A DNA stretch of 59,032 bases, filler included, from Actinomycetota bacterium (GTDB lineage Bacteria; Actinomycetota; Actinomycetes; JAKEEW01): NCBI GenBank assembly GCA_046725875.1. It is 4 parts of 4 records of this genome, joined end to end, with 100 filler letters (N's around TTAATTAATTAA, not from the genome) between each part and the next. Parts side by side here need not be neighbours in the genome. Positions count along the whole stretch, not along the records: positions 35,425 to 50,652 come from JBKOZJ010000176.1; positions 50,753 to 59,032 come from JBKOZJ010000179.1; 2 more parts are not named here. One strand, written 5' to 3'. The notes below the pieces were generated by a model. The model worked only from the letters and a program-made list of their open reading frames with translations. It had not been told where the DNA came from and made no database searches. Position numbers and translations under genes: made by a program. This document shows, piece after piece, positions 42,922 to 52,696 of this stretch (position 1 is the stretch's first letter; every line of letters begins with the position of its first letter).

Positions 42922-43832
42922 GCGCGCGCTCCGTTCGAGCGGTCGGCGAGTACGCCGAGCAGCGCCTCGGCGTCCGCCGGGTCGAGGATGCCGGCCGCCA
43001 TCGCCCGGTCGGCCGTCAGCCTGGACATCGCCACGTATGCTGCTCGGGCCTCCGTGGAGACCTTGCCTAGCTCGCGCAGGTGCGCGGCGACAGTACCGGC
43101 GTCGCCGCGAGCGACCGGCCCGGTCAGCCCGTGGTCGCCGTAGCGCAGCGCATTGTCAAGTGCGGCCCCCAGCAATGGGCCCAACATCCGGTTCGGATGT
43201 TCAACACCGGCTCGGCTGAGAAGGTCGGCGCCCTGCGCGACGAGTGTGACGAGGTGGTTCGCACCGATGGCGAGCGCTGCATGGTAGAGCGGCCGCCGCT
43301 CTTCCTCGATCCACTCCGGCTCGCCGCCACACTCCAGGACGAGTGCCTCGGCCATCGGGCGCAGCCGCGGTGGAGCGGTCACCCCGAAGGAGCAGCCCGC
43401 GAGCCGCTGCAGGTCGACGGGCGTCCCGGTGAAGGTCATCACCGGGTGGAGGGCGAGCGGCAACGACCCGCGCCCGGTCGCCGGTTCCAGTACGGCTATG
43501 CCATAGCGGCCGCTGGTGTGGATCAGGATCTGTCCGGCCCTGACGACGCCGGTCCCTGCCAACCCATCCACGAGCTGCGGGAGGACATCGTCAGGGACGG
43601 TCAGCAGCACAAGATCAGCCGCCTTCACGACGTCGGGCGGGTCGGCGAGCGGCACGCCGGGCAGCAACTCCTCAGCGCGGCGGCGGCTCGCGTCCGACAC
43701 CGCGGACGCGGCCACCACCGAGTGGCCGGCTCGGGCGAGCGCGGCGCCGAGGACCGCGCCAACGCGACCGGCGCCGACAACCCCGACCGCCAGCCGGGCC
43801 GGCCGCGCGCTCACCTCAGCCTGATCATCCAC
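42918..43832 (-). CDS. Rossmann-like + DUF2520 oxidoreductase (probable ketopantoate reductase)
   Basis: GAGRVG, HTSG, HPVMTF, LYHAAL, LTGPVARGD; directly upstream of panC. Confidence 0.88.
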   Translation of the reverse strand: MDDQAEVSARPARLAVGVVGAGRVGAVLGAALARAGHSVVAASAVSDASRRRAEELLPGVPLADPPDVVKAADLVLLTVPDDVLPQLVDGLAGTGVVRAGQILIHTSGRYGIAVLEPATGRGSLPLALHPVMTFTGTPVDLQRLAGCSFGVTAPPRLRPMAEALVLECGGEPEWIEEERRPLYHAALAIGANHLVTLVAQGADLLSRAGVEHPNRMLGPLLGAALDNALRYGDHGLTGPVARGDAGTVAAHLRELGKVSTEARAAYVAMSRLTADRAMAAGILDPADAEALLGVLADRSNGARA

Positions 43833-43962
43833 GAGTCGTTCCCTGTTCCAGTCCTTTGCTTGGTACCGGACGCATTCGAGCGTATCGGGCGATGTCGGAG
43901 CCTGACCGTCCCGAGACGGACGGCCGTCGCACAGAGAGCGGACAGAGTGGGACGATCCACTC

Positions 43963-46704
43963 GTGGGCACACCGTCCGACCGTCCCCGGGAGCCGGACCG
44001 GCCAGTCACGGCCGGCACCGCGGATCACAGCCGGTTCGGTGACGAGCACGCCGATGGCCGGCCCGCGAACCTGGAGCGGGACAGGCAAGCCAAGGAGGTG
44101 GACCTCCCGGAGACGGCCACTCCCGGACTCGGCGACGGCGCGGGCGAGCCCGACACCAAAGGAGCCGGCGACCGCCATGCGACTGATCATGGCGAGGCTG
44201 CTACCCGCGCGGACGGGGTCCAGCCCGCTGCGCCAGGGGTGATCGTGGACGAGCCGCCACCGCCCCGCCGGATCAGGCAGCCGGTCGATTTGGCGCGCAT
44301 CGTCCTCTGCGTTGCGGGACTTGTCATCGTCGCCCTAATCGCCGAGTTCGCCGTTCGCACTGCGGGTGGCCTGGAGAGCGACGTCGGCGCTCGACGATCC
44401 GATGTGCCCGCTTGGATCACCAACACATTGACCCTGCTGGTCGCGATCGCGCTCCTCGCCCTGCCGATCGTCGTGCTCCTGGACCAACTGCTCAGGGGCC
44501 GGCTGGCGTGGATCACGGACCTGGTCACCGCCGGGCTGCTCGGCTGCGGCGTGGCCATCGGCTTGAACTGGTTGCTGCGTCACTACGGGTCGATCGACAT
44601 CTACCAGAGCCTGACGGTGGGCCGGCCGACGGGCGGCCGGACCGCGCCGATACCCGTCCTCCTGTGCGCGCTTGCCGCGTTCACCTCCGCCGCGGTTTAC
44701 GGCGGCCGCCGCTGGGTGCGCCTGGCTATCTGGGTCACCATTGGCGGCCTGGCGGCGGTATCACTGCTCGACCGGGAGGCCGGGGTCCTTGGGGTGATCG
44801 CCACCCTCCTCCTTGGGCGGACCATCGGGTTGGCGGTCCGTTATGCGTTTGGGACGCCCAACACCCACCCGCACGGTGCTGACCTCGTCCGCGCGCTCCG
44901 TGAGGCCGGCCTGGATCCCGTACATATAAAGGCGGAGCCGTCACGCGACCAGAGCCGGCGGTATCTGGTCACCTCCCGTCCGACCCCTGAGCTCGACGAC
45001 GCATCCGTACCCTCGAGAGCGCGTCGTGAAGGTGCTGCCGACCCGGTCGTGGAGGCTCGTGACACTGCTGGTGCCGAATCGACCTTGGGCCTCGAGGTAC
45101 GAATACTCGATCGGGATCAGCGGGCTGCCGGCCTGCTGAGCTGGCTATACCGGCAGCTGCGAGTGCGCAGCCCGGTCACCAGGCGGGCGACGGTGACCTT
45201 TCGGGCCTCGGTCGAACGGGATGTGCTGATGTCGCAGGCCGCATTCGCCGCTGGCGTCCGTACTCCCAAGCTCGTAGTGGCGGCCTCGGCGGGTCCGGAT
45301 ACGGCAATCCTCGCCTACCAACATATTGCGGGCCGGGTGCTCGGCACACTCGCCACACCCGAGATCGACGACGTCCTGCTCCGGGACGTCTGTGCGCAGC
45401 TGGCCGCAGCGCGCACCCGTCACGTCATGGTGCGCGGCTTCGGCGCTGGCGAGATCCTCGTCGACGACCAGCGGCGCTCGTGGCTGCTCGGCGTTGGCTC
45501 CGGCGAGGTCGCCGCGTCCCGGCTGCAGCTCCGTTACGACGTGGCGCGGCTCCTCACCACGCTGGCGTTGCTGGTCGGCTCACAGCGAGCAGCGGCCGCC
45601 GCCATTGACACACTAGGAGCAGAGGCAGTCACGGCGGCGGTGCCGCTGCTGCAACCAATCGCGATGAACCGCGACACTCGGCAGGCATTGCGATCGCACC
45701 GGACGCTGCTCGCCGAGTTGCGCGATGCCATCACCCGCAAGGTGCCGACCGCGAAGCTCGAACCAGTCCAGATCGAGCGGCTGCGCCCGCGGACGATCGT
45801 CAGCATCGTCGGCGCCGCATTCGCGGCGTACTACCTGCTCTCGGCGCTCGGGCGGGTCAATCTGGGGCAGCTGGCTGGGTCGGCGCAACCGGGCTGGATC
45901 ACCGTTACCTTGGCGTTCACCCTGCTCTCCTACGTCGGGGCGACCATGAGCATCATTGGGTTCGCGCCAATCCGGCTGCCCGTGATTCGCACATTCCTTG
46001 CGCAACTAGCCTCGTCGTTCGTCAAGGTAATCACCCCGGCCGGCGTAGGACTGGTGGCGTTGAACGCACGCTTCGTGCAGCGGGCCGGCGTGGAACCAGC
46101 GTTGGCGGTGGCGAGCGTCGGCCTCTCCCAGGTGGCCGGCTTTGGGATCCATTTCAGCCTCCTGGTGCTGTTCGGCTTCATCACTGGTACGTCGACCAAC
46201 GCCGAATCACGGCTGATTCCGTCCCAAGCGGTGTTCATCGGCGCCGCTGCCGCGGCGCTTGTCATCCTCGCTGCTTTCAGCATCCCGTCGGTGCGCCGCT
46301 CGGCATGGAGACGTATCCAGCCGTTGCTGCGCCGGATCGGCCCGCGCCTGCTCGACATGCTGCAGAGCCCGGTGAAGCTCATGCTTGGGCTCGGCGGCAA
46401 CCTCGTGATCACCCTGTCTCTCACCGCCGCTCTCTATGCGTCTGTGCGCGCGCTCGACGGCTCGATCACGTTCACATCGCTCGCGGTCGTCTATTTGGCC
46501 GGAGCGGCGATCGGCCAGGTGGCGCCCACGCCAGGCGGGCTCGGGGCCATCGAGGCGGCGTTGGCGGCCGGGCTAACCGCCGCCGGACTGCCCGGTGGGA
46601 CAGCTGTGTCGGCCGTCCTGCTCTTCCGGGCTATGACGTTCTGGCTACCCATCATTCCGGGCTGGTTCGCCTTCCACCTCCTCCAACGGGCGAGGGCGAT
46701 CTAG
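43963..46704 (+). CDS. Lysylphosphatidylglycerol-synthase-TM (flippase-like) membrane protein with kinase-like middle domain
   Basis: N-terminal TM cluster, soluble middle, C-terminal PTPGGLGAIEAAL..LFR..TFW. Confidence 0.85.
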   Translation: MGTPSDRPREPDRPVTAGTADHSRFGDEHADGRPANLERDRQAKEVDLPETATPGLGDGAGEPDTKGAGDRHATDHGEAATRADGVQPAAPGVIVDEPPPPRRIRQPVDLARIVLCVAGLVIVALIAEFAVRTAGGLESDVGARRSDVPAWITNTLTLLVAIALLALPIVVLLDQLLRGRLAWITDLVTAGLLGCGVAIGLNWLLRHYGSIDIYQSLTVGRPTGGRTAPIPVLLCALAAFTSAAVYGGRRWVRLAIWVTIGGLAAVSLLDREAGVLGVIATLLLGRTIGLAVRYAFGTPNTHPHGADLVRALREAGLDPVHIKAEPSRDQSRRYLVTSRPTPELDDASVPSRARREGAADPVVEARDTAGAESTLGLEVRILDRDQRAAGLLSWLYRQLRVRSPVTRRATVTFRASVERDVLMSQAAFAAGVRTPKLVVAASAGPDTAILAYQHIAGRVLGTLATPEIDDVLLRDVCAQLAAARTRHVMVRGFGAGEILVDDQRRSWLLGVGSGEVAASRLQLRYDVARLLTTLALLVGSQRAAAAAIDTLGAEAVTAAVPLLQPIAMNRDTRQALRSHRTLLAELRDAITRKVPTAKLEPVQIERLRPRTIVSIVGAAFAAYYLLSALGRVNLGQLAGSAQPGWITVTLAFTLLSYVGATMSIIGFAPIRLPVIRTFLAQLASSFVKVITPAGVGLVALNARFVQRAGVEPALAVASVGLSQVAGFGIHFSLLVLFGFITGTSTNAESRLIPSQAVFIGAAAAALVILAAFSIPSVRRSAWRRIQPLLRRIGPRLLDMLQSPVKLMLGLGGNLVITLSLTAALYASVRALDGSITFTSLAVVYLAGAAIGQVAPTPGGLGAIEAALAAGLTAAGLPGGTAVSAVLLFRAMTFWLPIIPGWFAFHLLQRARAI

Positions 46705-47829
46705 CTGGAATACCGGCTTGAGACCGAAGAAGCGACCAATGTCACGGGCTTCGGTCTCTAGCTCCATAACCGAAGCGTCGTCCACGTCCCAAAACAGCTC
46801 GACTTTGATCGCAAGCATTCCCCTGGTGCGCTTCAGTCGCCAGGTGCCGGCGACCCGTCCGTCGACCAACACCGCCGGCAGGATGAACCCGCCACCGCCC
46901 TGGATCCTGCGGCCGAACGCGGGATCCAGGGCGAACTCCCGGGTCCGATAGCCGAGCAGGTAAGGGTCGAAATGACCGATGAGCCGGCTCGGCGCGGGTT
47001 CCGCTGATGTACCTGCGCGTACCCAAGCGGGGCCGCGGCCCGTGGCCAACTGGTCGAACTCCCCGGCCACCGACTCGATCCCCACTCTCGCCTGCCCTAC
47101 CGGCAGCCCGGACCACGCCGCGAAGTCGGCGACGCCGGCCGGGCCGTAAGCGGTCAGATAACGCCGGGCGAAGATTGTGACGCCGTCGTTGGGGTCTACC
47201 GCGTCGCCGTCGCCGATCCACTCAGCCGTGAGGACGTACCGCGGCTGGTTATCCGTCAGGTCCCGACCGCGGCAGATGACGCCTCGCAACGCGGCGTACG
47301 CGACCAGATGGGCCGGCGCCTGCCCACCAGGGACCTCGACACCACGGGCGCGGATCTCCCGGATGAGAGCGTCGCGCGTGAGCTGCCGGCCGGCCAGCAC
47401 ATCGGGGAGAACTACAGCGGCCCGCTCGCAGGTCTCGTCGTCGAGACCAAGTTGGTGACGCCTGCGTCGACCGCGATCGATGAAGACCGGGCCGAGCAGG
47501 TCTATCAGCCAGTGCAGGTCCTCCGCAGCCACCATGTGCAGGGTGCCGCGCATCGCCCACGTTCGGACGACCGTGCGATCGACGGCGGATGCCTGGTCGA
47601 CTCGGGTTGCGTCTACGCCGGCGCCTCGCGGGCGAACCAGCAGCCGGGCCATCCTCGTGTCCTGCGCTTGCAGCCCGACCATGTGACGTACGACGTCTAC
47701 CACCGACCTACCGAGCGGTTGTGCAAGGCCCTGTGAGCGGAGCCGCATATGCCGCAGCTGCGCATCGACTGCATCTGCAGTCTCGCCGTGAGCTGAGGGC
47801 CCGGGGAGGATCATGTCTCGGTGGCACAT
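46645..47829 (-). CDS. AlkZ-like (HTH_42) winged-helix DNA glycosylase
   Basis: GLQAQD, RTWAMRGTLH, FDPYLLGY, VLVDGRVAGTW; AAGGAGG SD. Confidence 0.88.
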   Translation of the reverse strand: MCHRDMILPGPSAHGETADAVDAQLRHMRLRSQGLAQPLGRSVVDVVRHMVGLQAQDTRMARLLVRPRGAGVDATRVDQASAVDRTVVRTWAMRGTLHMVAAEDLHWLIDLLGPVFIDRGRRRRHQLGLDDETCERAAVVLPDVLAGRQLTRDALIREIRARGVEVPGGQAPAHLVAYAALRGVICRGRDLTDNQPRYVLTAEWIGDGDAVDPNDGVTIFARRYLTAYGPAGVADFAAWSGLPVGQARVGIESVAGEFDQLATGRGPAWVRAGTSAEPAPSRLIGHFDPYLLGYRTREFALDPAFGRRIQGGGGFILPAVLVDGRVAGTWRLKRTRGMLAIKVELFWDVDDASVMELETEARDIGRFFGLKPVFQLDRPRPLEEVEGEPARNDG

Positions 47830-47923
47830 ATTGACCTCCTTTACGGTGCCACAAGGGGTGACCGTCCGGGCTCGCGAAGAGGTCCACAGTGAGCCCGCCG
47901 GCCATCTGCGACACTTTGCGGGG

Positions 47924-49243
47924 ATGACCAACGAGCCGCCCGGTGCGATCGTCGCGGTGTACGGGACCCTCCGTCGGGGCGAGCGCAACCATGGGCTACT
48001 GAATGGTGCGGTGTTTCTGGGCACCGCATTCGTTCACGGCACCTTGCATGAGGTACCGACCGCGCCCTACCGGCCGTACGCCTATCCGGCGCTAACACTG
48101 GGCCCGACGGGGCGGGTGACTGTCGAGCTCTACCTGCTCGCTCACGGCGGTGGACTGGAGACCCTGGACGCTCTCGAGCTTTACGACCCCGACCGGGAGA
48201 GCGACTCCCAATACCTGCGCCGGACGGCACCCGTCGTAGGGCACGCGCCGGAGCCGGGCGCGACGCTCGTCGAAGAGGCGTTCGTCTATGTCTACAACGG
48301 CCCGCCCGAGGACCTCGGCGCCCCGATCCACTCCGGCGACTGGATAGATCGAAACCGCCGCACGGGCACCGGCTCGCGCGGGCAAGTCCCTAGCGACCGG
48401 CACACCGAGCCACCCAGATTCGACGAAGGAAGTACGCCACATTCGCTCGGGCCGGTCGTCTCGAGGCTTCGAGCCGCGGGATCCGTGTTCGCCGAGGAGG
48501 AGGCCGGCCTGCTGGCGGCCGCGGCACACACCCCTGCTGAGCTGGCCGAATGGGTGCAGCGGCGAGCCACGGGCGTTCCGATCGAGCAGATTTTGGGCTG
48601 GGCGGAGTTCTATCACCTACGGATTGCTGTGGAGCCCGGCGTGTTCGTGCCGCGCCGCCGTACCGAATTTCTGGTTGATCAAGCCCTTGATGTGGGGCGA
48701 ACGGCCCCCGCCGCCGGCCGCACCGGTGCCGAAGCGCGAATGGTGATCGTCGACCTGTGCTGTGGCTCGGGCGCCATCGGTGCGGCACTAGTGGCAAACC
48801 TTCCGAGGGCCGAGCTGTACGCCGTGGACATCGACCCCCGAGCGGTCCGTTGCGCTCGTCGCAACCTTGCCGCCGCAGCTGCCCACGTGTTCGAGGGAGA
48901 CCTCTATGCGCCGCTGCCCGCAGCGTTGCGCGGCAAGGTCGATCTCCTGGTGGTCAATGCGCCGTACGTCCCGACTGACGAAGTCTCGCTGCTGCCGACC
49001 GAGGCGCGACTCCACGAGTCGCAGATCGCGCTCGATGGCGGTCCAGGGGGACTAGACGTCTACCGGGGGGTCATTTCGGCGGCACCGGAATGGCTCACGC
49101 CACGGGGAAGCCTTCTGATCGAAATCAGCGATCGCCAGCTCCACGCAGCGGCGGAGATCGCGACCACCCAAGGTCTGACAAGCCGCGTGGCTAAGTCCCC
49201 GGACCTCGATGCCACGGTCATTGTCGCCACACGTGCTCAGTAG
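47924..49243 (+). CDS. Gamma-glutamylcyclotransferase-like domain fused to PrmC-related N5-glutamine methyltransferase
   Basis: AVYGTLRRGERNH..LDALE..SGDW, then RLRAAGSVFAEEEA, VFVPRRRTE, DLCCGSG, NAPY, ALDGG in one frame. Confidence 0.8.
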   Translation: MTNEPPGAIVAVYGTLRRGERNHGLLNGAVFLGTAFVHGTLHEVPTAPYRPYAYPALTLGPTGRVTVELYLLAHGGGLETLDALELYDPDRESDSQYLRRTAPVVGHAPEPGATLVEEAFVYVYNGPPEDLGAPIHSGDWIDRNRRTGTGSRGQVPSDRHTEPPRFDEGSTPHSLGPVVSRLRAAGSVFAEEEAGLLAAAAHTPAELAEWVQRRATGVPIEQILGWAEFYHLRIAVEPGVFVPRRRTEFLVDQALDVGRTAPAAGRTGAEARMVIVDLCCGSGAIGAALVANLPRAELYAVDIDPRAVRCARRNLAAAAAHVFEGDLYAPLPAALRGKVDLLVVNAPYVPTDEVSLLPTEARLHESQIALDGGPGGLDVYRGVISAAPEWLTPRGSLLIEISDRQLHAAAEIATTQGLTSRVAKSPDLDATVIVATRAQ

Positions 49244-49270
49244 CCCAGCAAGGATGTCGGAGCCGATGAG

Positions 49271-50482
49271 ATGACCGCTCGGCAGTTCCCGCGCTGGTCG
49301 GAGCTGCGGCAGTTGCTGCGCCCGCGACCACTCGAGCTAGATCCGACGACCCGGCGACTGCGGAACGCGCTGACCATCTCGGATCTGCGTGCCGCCGCCA
49401 AGCGCCGTACCCCACGGTCCGTGTTCGACTACACCGACGGCGCCGCCGAGGACGAGATCAGCCTGGGCAGGGCCCGCCGGCTCTTCCGTGAGCTGGAGTT
49501 CCGGCCCTCCGTCCTGCAGGGTGTATCCGATATCGACACCACGACGCGGATGCTTGGCCAGCCGGCGCGGCTGCCCTTCGCGTTCGCGCCGACCGGATTC
49601 ACCCGGCTCATGCATCACGAGGGCGAGCGCGCCGTCGTGCGGGTGGCCGAGCGGTACGGCGTCCCGTACGCCCTGTCCACCCTCGGGACGACCTCGATCG
49701 AAGATGTCGCCGCCGCTGCCCCCGGCGCTCGGAAGTGGTTCCAGCTGTACGTGTGGAGGGACCGCGCGGCCGGCGAGGATCTGATGAGCCGGGCCAAGGC
49801 CGCAGGATTCGAAGCGCTCGTCCTCACCGTGGATGTGCCGGTTGCGGGGGCGAGGCTGCGAGACACCCGAAACGGGCTCTCCATTCCGCCAGCACTGACC
49901 GCCCGGACGGTGCTCGACGCCAGCGTGCACCCGGCCTGGTGGCTCAACCTCCTCACCACGCCACCACTGACCTTCGCGTCGATGTCGTCGTGGCGAGGGA
50001 CGGTTGCCGAGCTCATCGACACGCTGTTCGATCCGAGCATGACCCTGGCCGATCTCGAGTGGCTGCGCGGCCGCTGGGACGGGCCACTAGTCATCAAGGG
50101 TGTGCAGACAGTCGAAGACGCCATCCGTCTGGTCGACGCCGGTGCCGACGCCATCGTGCTGTCCAACCACGGCGGACGGCAGCTGGATCGGGCGCCCGTT
50201 CCCCTGCGCCTGCTCCCCCAGGTGGTTGACAGGGTCGGCGACCAGGCCGAGGTGTGGGTCGATACCGGCATCATGAGCGGAGCCGATGTTGTCGCCGCGC
50301 TGGCGCTCGGCGCCCGGGCGGTCCTCGTCGGGCGGGCCTACCTCTACGGGCTCATGGCGGGCGGTGAGCGGGGGGTGGACCGCGCCGCTGAGATCCTCGC
50401 CGCGGAGGTGGCGAGGACGATGGCACTACTCGGCGTCAGCCGGATCGTCCACCTCGCCCCGCATCACGTCCGCCTGCCGTGA
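49271..50482 (+). CDS. FMN-dependent alpha-hydroxy acid oxidase / L-lactate dehydrogenase (LldD-like)
   Basis: [27 protein letters not shown]. Confidence 0.93.
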   Translation: MTARQFPRWSELRQLLRPRPLELDPTTRRLRNALTISDLRAAAKRRTPRSVFDYTDGAAEDEISLGRARRLFRELEFRPSVLQGVSDIDTTTRMLGQPARLPFAFAPTGFTRLMHHEGERAVVRVAERYGVPYALSTLGTTSIEDVAAAAPGARKWFQLYVWRDRAAGEDLMSRAKAAGFEALVLTVDVPVAGARLRDTRNGLSIPPALTARTVLDASVHPAWWLNLLTTPPLTFASMSSWRGTVAELIDTLFDPSMTLADLEWLRGRWDGPLVIKGVQTVEDAIRLVDAGADAIVLSNHGGRQLDRAPVPLRLLPQVVDRVGDQAEVWVDTGIMSGADVVAALALGARAVLVGRAYLYGLMAGGERGVDRAAEILAAEVARTMALLGVSRIVHLAPHHVRLP

Positions 50483-50652
50483 GGAGCGTTCCTGCCCCGT
50501 GCAAACGGTTGCGGGCCGCGGAGCAAAGCGGTGCGTTCGCTCGGCCGTCACTGCCACGGGGTATTGATGGCACTATCGAAGAGGTCCTAATGACCCCGCC
50601 ATTCATCATCGAGGAGGGGTGGGATGTCGCGCAGAGAAGTTGATCAAGTGGG

Positions 50653-50752
50653 NNNNNNNNNNNNNNNNNNNNNNNNNNNNNNNNNNNNNNNNNNNNTTAA
50701 TTAATTAANNNNNNNNNNNNNNNNNNNNNNNNNNNNNNNNNNNNNNNNNNNN
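50653..50752. other. Artificial contig linker
   Basis: N-run with TTAATTAATTAA. Confidence 0.98.
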
Positions 50753-50840
50753 GGACGAGCTTCGGTGCTCCGGGTTCACCGGCCTCACGGTAGAACACCT
50801 GGGTTCCGGCCACGTCGAGGGTGTGGAAGCTGACAGTCAT
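50753..50840 (-). CDS. Alpha/beta hydrolase N-terminus, cut by the contig end
   Basis: AGGAG SD; MTVSFHTLDVAGTQVFYREAGEPGAPKLV. Confidence 0.75.
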
Positions 50841-50926
50841 GACAGTTCACTCCTAGCGGTGTCGTGCTGGCTGGGCCGGGAACCGGCCCGGGATGTGGTG
50901 GTGGTTCAGTCGCGGGCGCGCTTCGG

Positions 50927-51892
50927 TCATGGCAGGGCTGTCCTTAACGGTGCGGAGGGCTGGTCGGTCAGTGGCGGGTTGTCGGGGGCGGCCGTGACGG
51001 AGTCGGCCTGCAGGGGCAGCAGGCGGCCGGCCACGAGCTGCTCGGGGGTGAAGTGGATGCGGCGGCCGGTGCGGTCGTCGTCGCCGGGGATGCCTGTGCC
51101 GGTCCATTCCAGGGTGGCCTGGCCGGAAAGGTGCAGGGTGTGGCCGGTGGTGAAGTCGCAGAAGAGCAGTGCGGCGGTGGGGTCGGCCTGAAGGTTGCCG
51201 AGCGTGTTGAACATGTTGTTGCCCCAGTAGTCGGGCCACCACAGCTGCCCGTCCTTGACCCGGACGAATCCCGGCGGCCCGCCGCGGTGCGAGGCGTCGT
51301 TGCCGCGGGTGGGATGAGTGGTGCCGATCAGGAAGGTGTCGGACCGGCGAACCAGGTCGATGTCGTCCTGCGTGAGGGTGTGTCCGTGGCGTACCGGCTC
51401 CGCGCTGCGGGCTGAGGCGGGTGCGGTGTGAAGATGCCGGTTCTGGATGTACTGGGGGCAGTTTCCGTACGCCTGCTCCACGTCGATGCGCAGCCCGTCG
51501 CTGCCGGTGTGGGACAGGGTGCCGTTGATCCGCAGTCGTCTGCGGGTGGCGAACTCGACGATGATCAGCCCGACCGGCTGGTGCACTGACAGATGCTGGA
51601 GCGGGTCGCCCTCGGCGGGCAGGGCCCGCACATCGAGGTCGGTCGGCGAGGCGACGTGGAGGAATCCTGGCGGGCCGGCGAGTGGGGATGTCCACAGTGT
51701 GCCGTCGGCGTCGCGTGCGGTGATCGCCGCGAAGGTCCGCTCCGCCAGGAACCGGGTCACTCCGCCGCGCAGCTGGGCAGGAGCCAGCATGCCCGTGAGT
51801 CGGGCTGCGTCCCTGGCCACGCCCGCCTCGCGCTGCACGGCCAGCTCGCCCTCGTGGAAGCCCGTAGTGATGTTGCGTACCCGGTTCGTCAT
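50927..51892 (-). CDS. Pyridoxamine 5'-phosphate oxidase-family protein (two split barrels)
   Basis: FHEGELAVQ, RRRLRING, YGNCPQYI, DASHRGGPPGFV, PDYWGN. Confidence 0.9.
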   Translation of the reverse strand: MTNRVRNITTGFHEGELAVQREAGVARDAARLTGMLAPAQLRGGVTRFLAERTFAAITARDADGTLWTSPLAGPPGFLHVASPTDLDVRALPAEGDPLQHLSVHQPVGLIIVEFATRRRLRINGTLSHTGSDGLRIDVEQAYGNCPQYIQNRHLHTAPASARSAEPVRHGHTLTQDDIDLVRRSDTFLIGTTHPTRGNDASHRGGPPGFVRVKDGQLWWPDYWGNNMFNTLGNLQADPTAALLFCDFTTGHTLHLSGQATLEWTGTGIPGDDDRTGRRIHFTPEQLVAGRLLPLQADSVTAAPDNPPLTDQPSAPLRTALP

Positions 51893-52008
51893 CGTTCTTC
51901 CTTCCACGTGCTGCCGGCGATGCCGTCGGCGAGGTGGGCAACGGGTGTGGCCGCCGGCCTGGCCCCGGTCGGGGGGTGGTGGGGCCGGGCCGGCGGGGCG
52001 GGTGCGGG

Positions 52009-52557
52009 TCAGGCCGCGGTGCGCGGCGTGACCACGGCCCAGTCGTTGCCGACCTTGGCGAGGATGTTGAAGTAGTTGGTCAGGACGTTGCGGGCCAGGT
52101 GACCGACGACCTCGCCGATCTCGCCGTTGGTGGCGCCTGCGTCCCGGGCGGCCTGCACAGGGGCGTCATCGACCCGACCGTGACCGCCCGCGATCGCGTC
52201 GGACAGGGTCAGCTGCGCCTGGGTGTGCGGGTCGGACGCCTTGGCGTCGCGGGCCGCCTCCAGCTCGCCGGCCTCGATCTTGGCGATGTTCGCACCGATG
52301 TAGGTGTGGGCCGACAGGCAGTACTCGCGCCCGTTGTACTCGGCAGTGGCCAGCGCGAGCCGCTCACGGACCGGGGCGGGCCGGACGCCGCCGGCCAGCG
52401 CGCCGTTCAGCGCCAGATAGCCCTTGAGCAGTGCCGGGCTGTTCGCCATCACCTTGGTCATGTTCGGGGTCAAGGCGAGGGTCTTCTGCACGTCGGCAAG
52501 CAGCTCGGCGGCGTTGCCGGTCGCGGTGGCGGGCTCGGCGGGGGCGAAACCGGTCAT
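52009..52557 (-). CDS. AhpD / carboxymuconolactone decarboxylase-family protein
   Basis: RERLALA..YNGREYCLSAH, NVLTNYFN; AAGGAG SD. Confidence 0.85.
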   Translation of the reverse strand: MTGFAPAEPATATGNAAELLADVQKTLALTPNMTKVMANSPALLKGYLALNGALAGGVRPAPVRERLALATAEYNGREYCLSAHTYIGANIAKIEAGELEAARDAKASDPHTQAQLTLSDAIAGGHGRVDDAPVQAARDAGATNGEIGEVVGHLARNVLTNYFNILAKVGNDWAVVTPRTAA

Positions 52558-52604
52558 GAGAGCAACGCTCCTTCGATCTCCGGTTCTGACGCATGTATGC
52601 GTCC

Positions 52605-52676
52605 GCAACCGTTGGAAAAACCATGGCACGGGTTGCCTGCCATGTCAAACGGTTGGTTCGGCCTGCAACCGTTAGA
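52605..52676. promoter_or_regulatory. Putative CGNR-regulator operator boxes
   Basis: GCAACCGTT (52605, 52665), GGGTTGC (52630) and AACGGTTG (52648) in the divergent intergenic region. Confidence 0.5.
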
Positions 52677-52696
52677 AGTGCGGTAGCCTCGACAGC

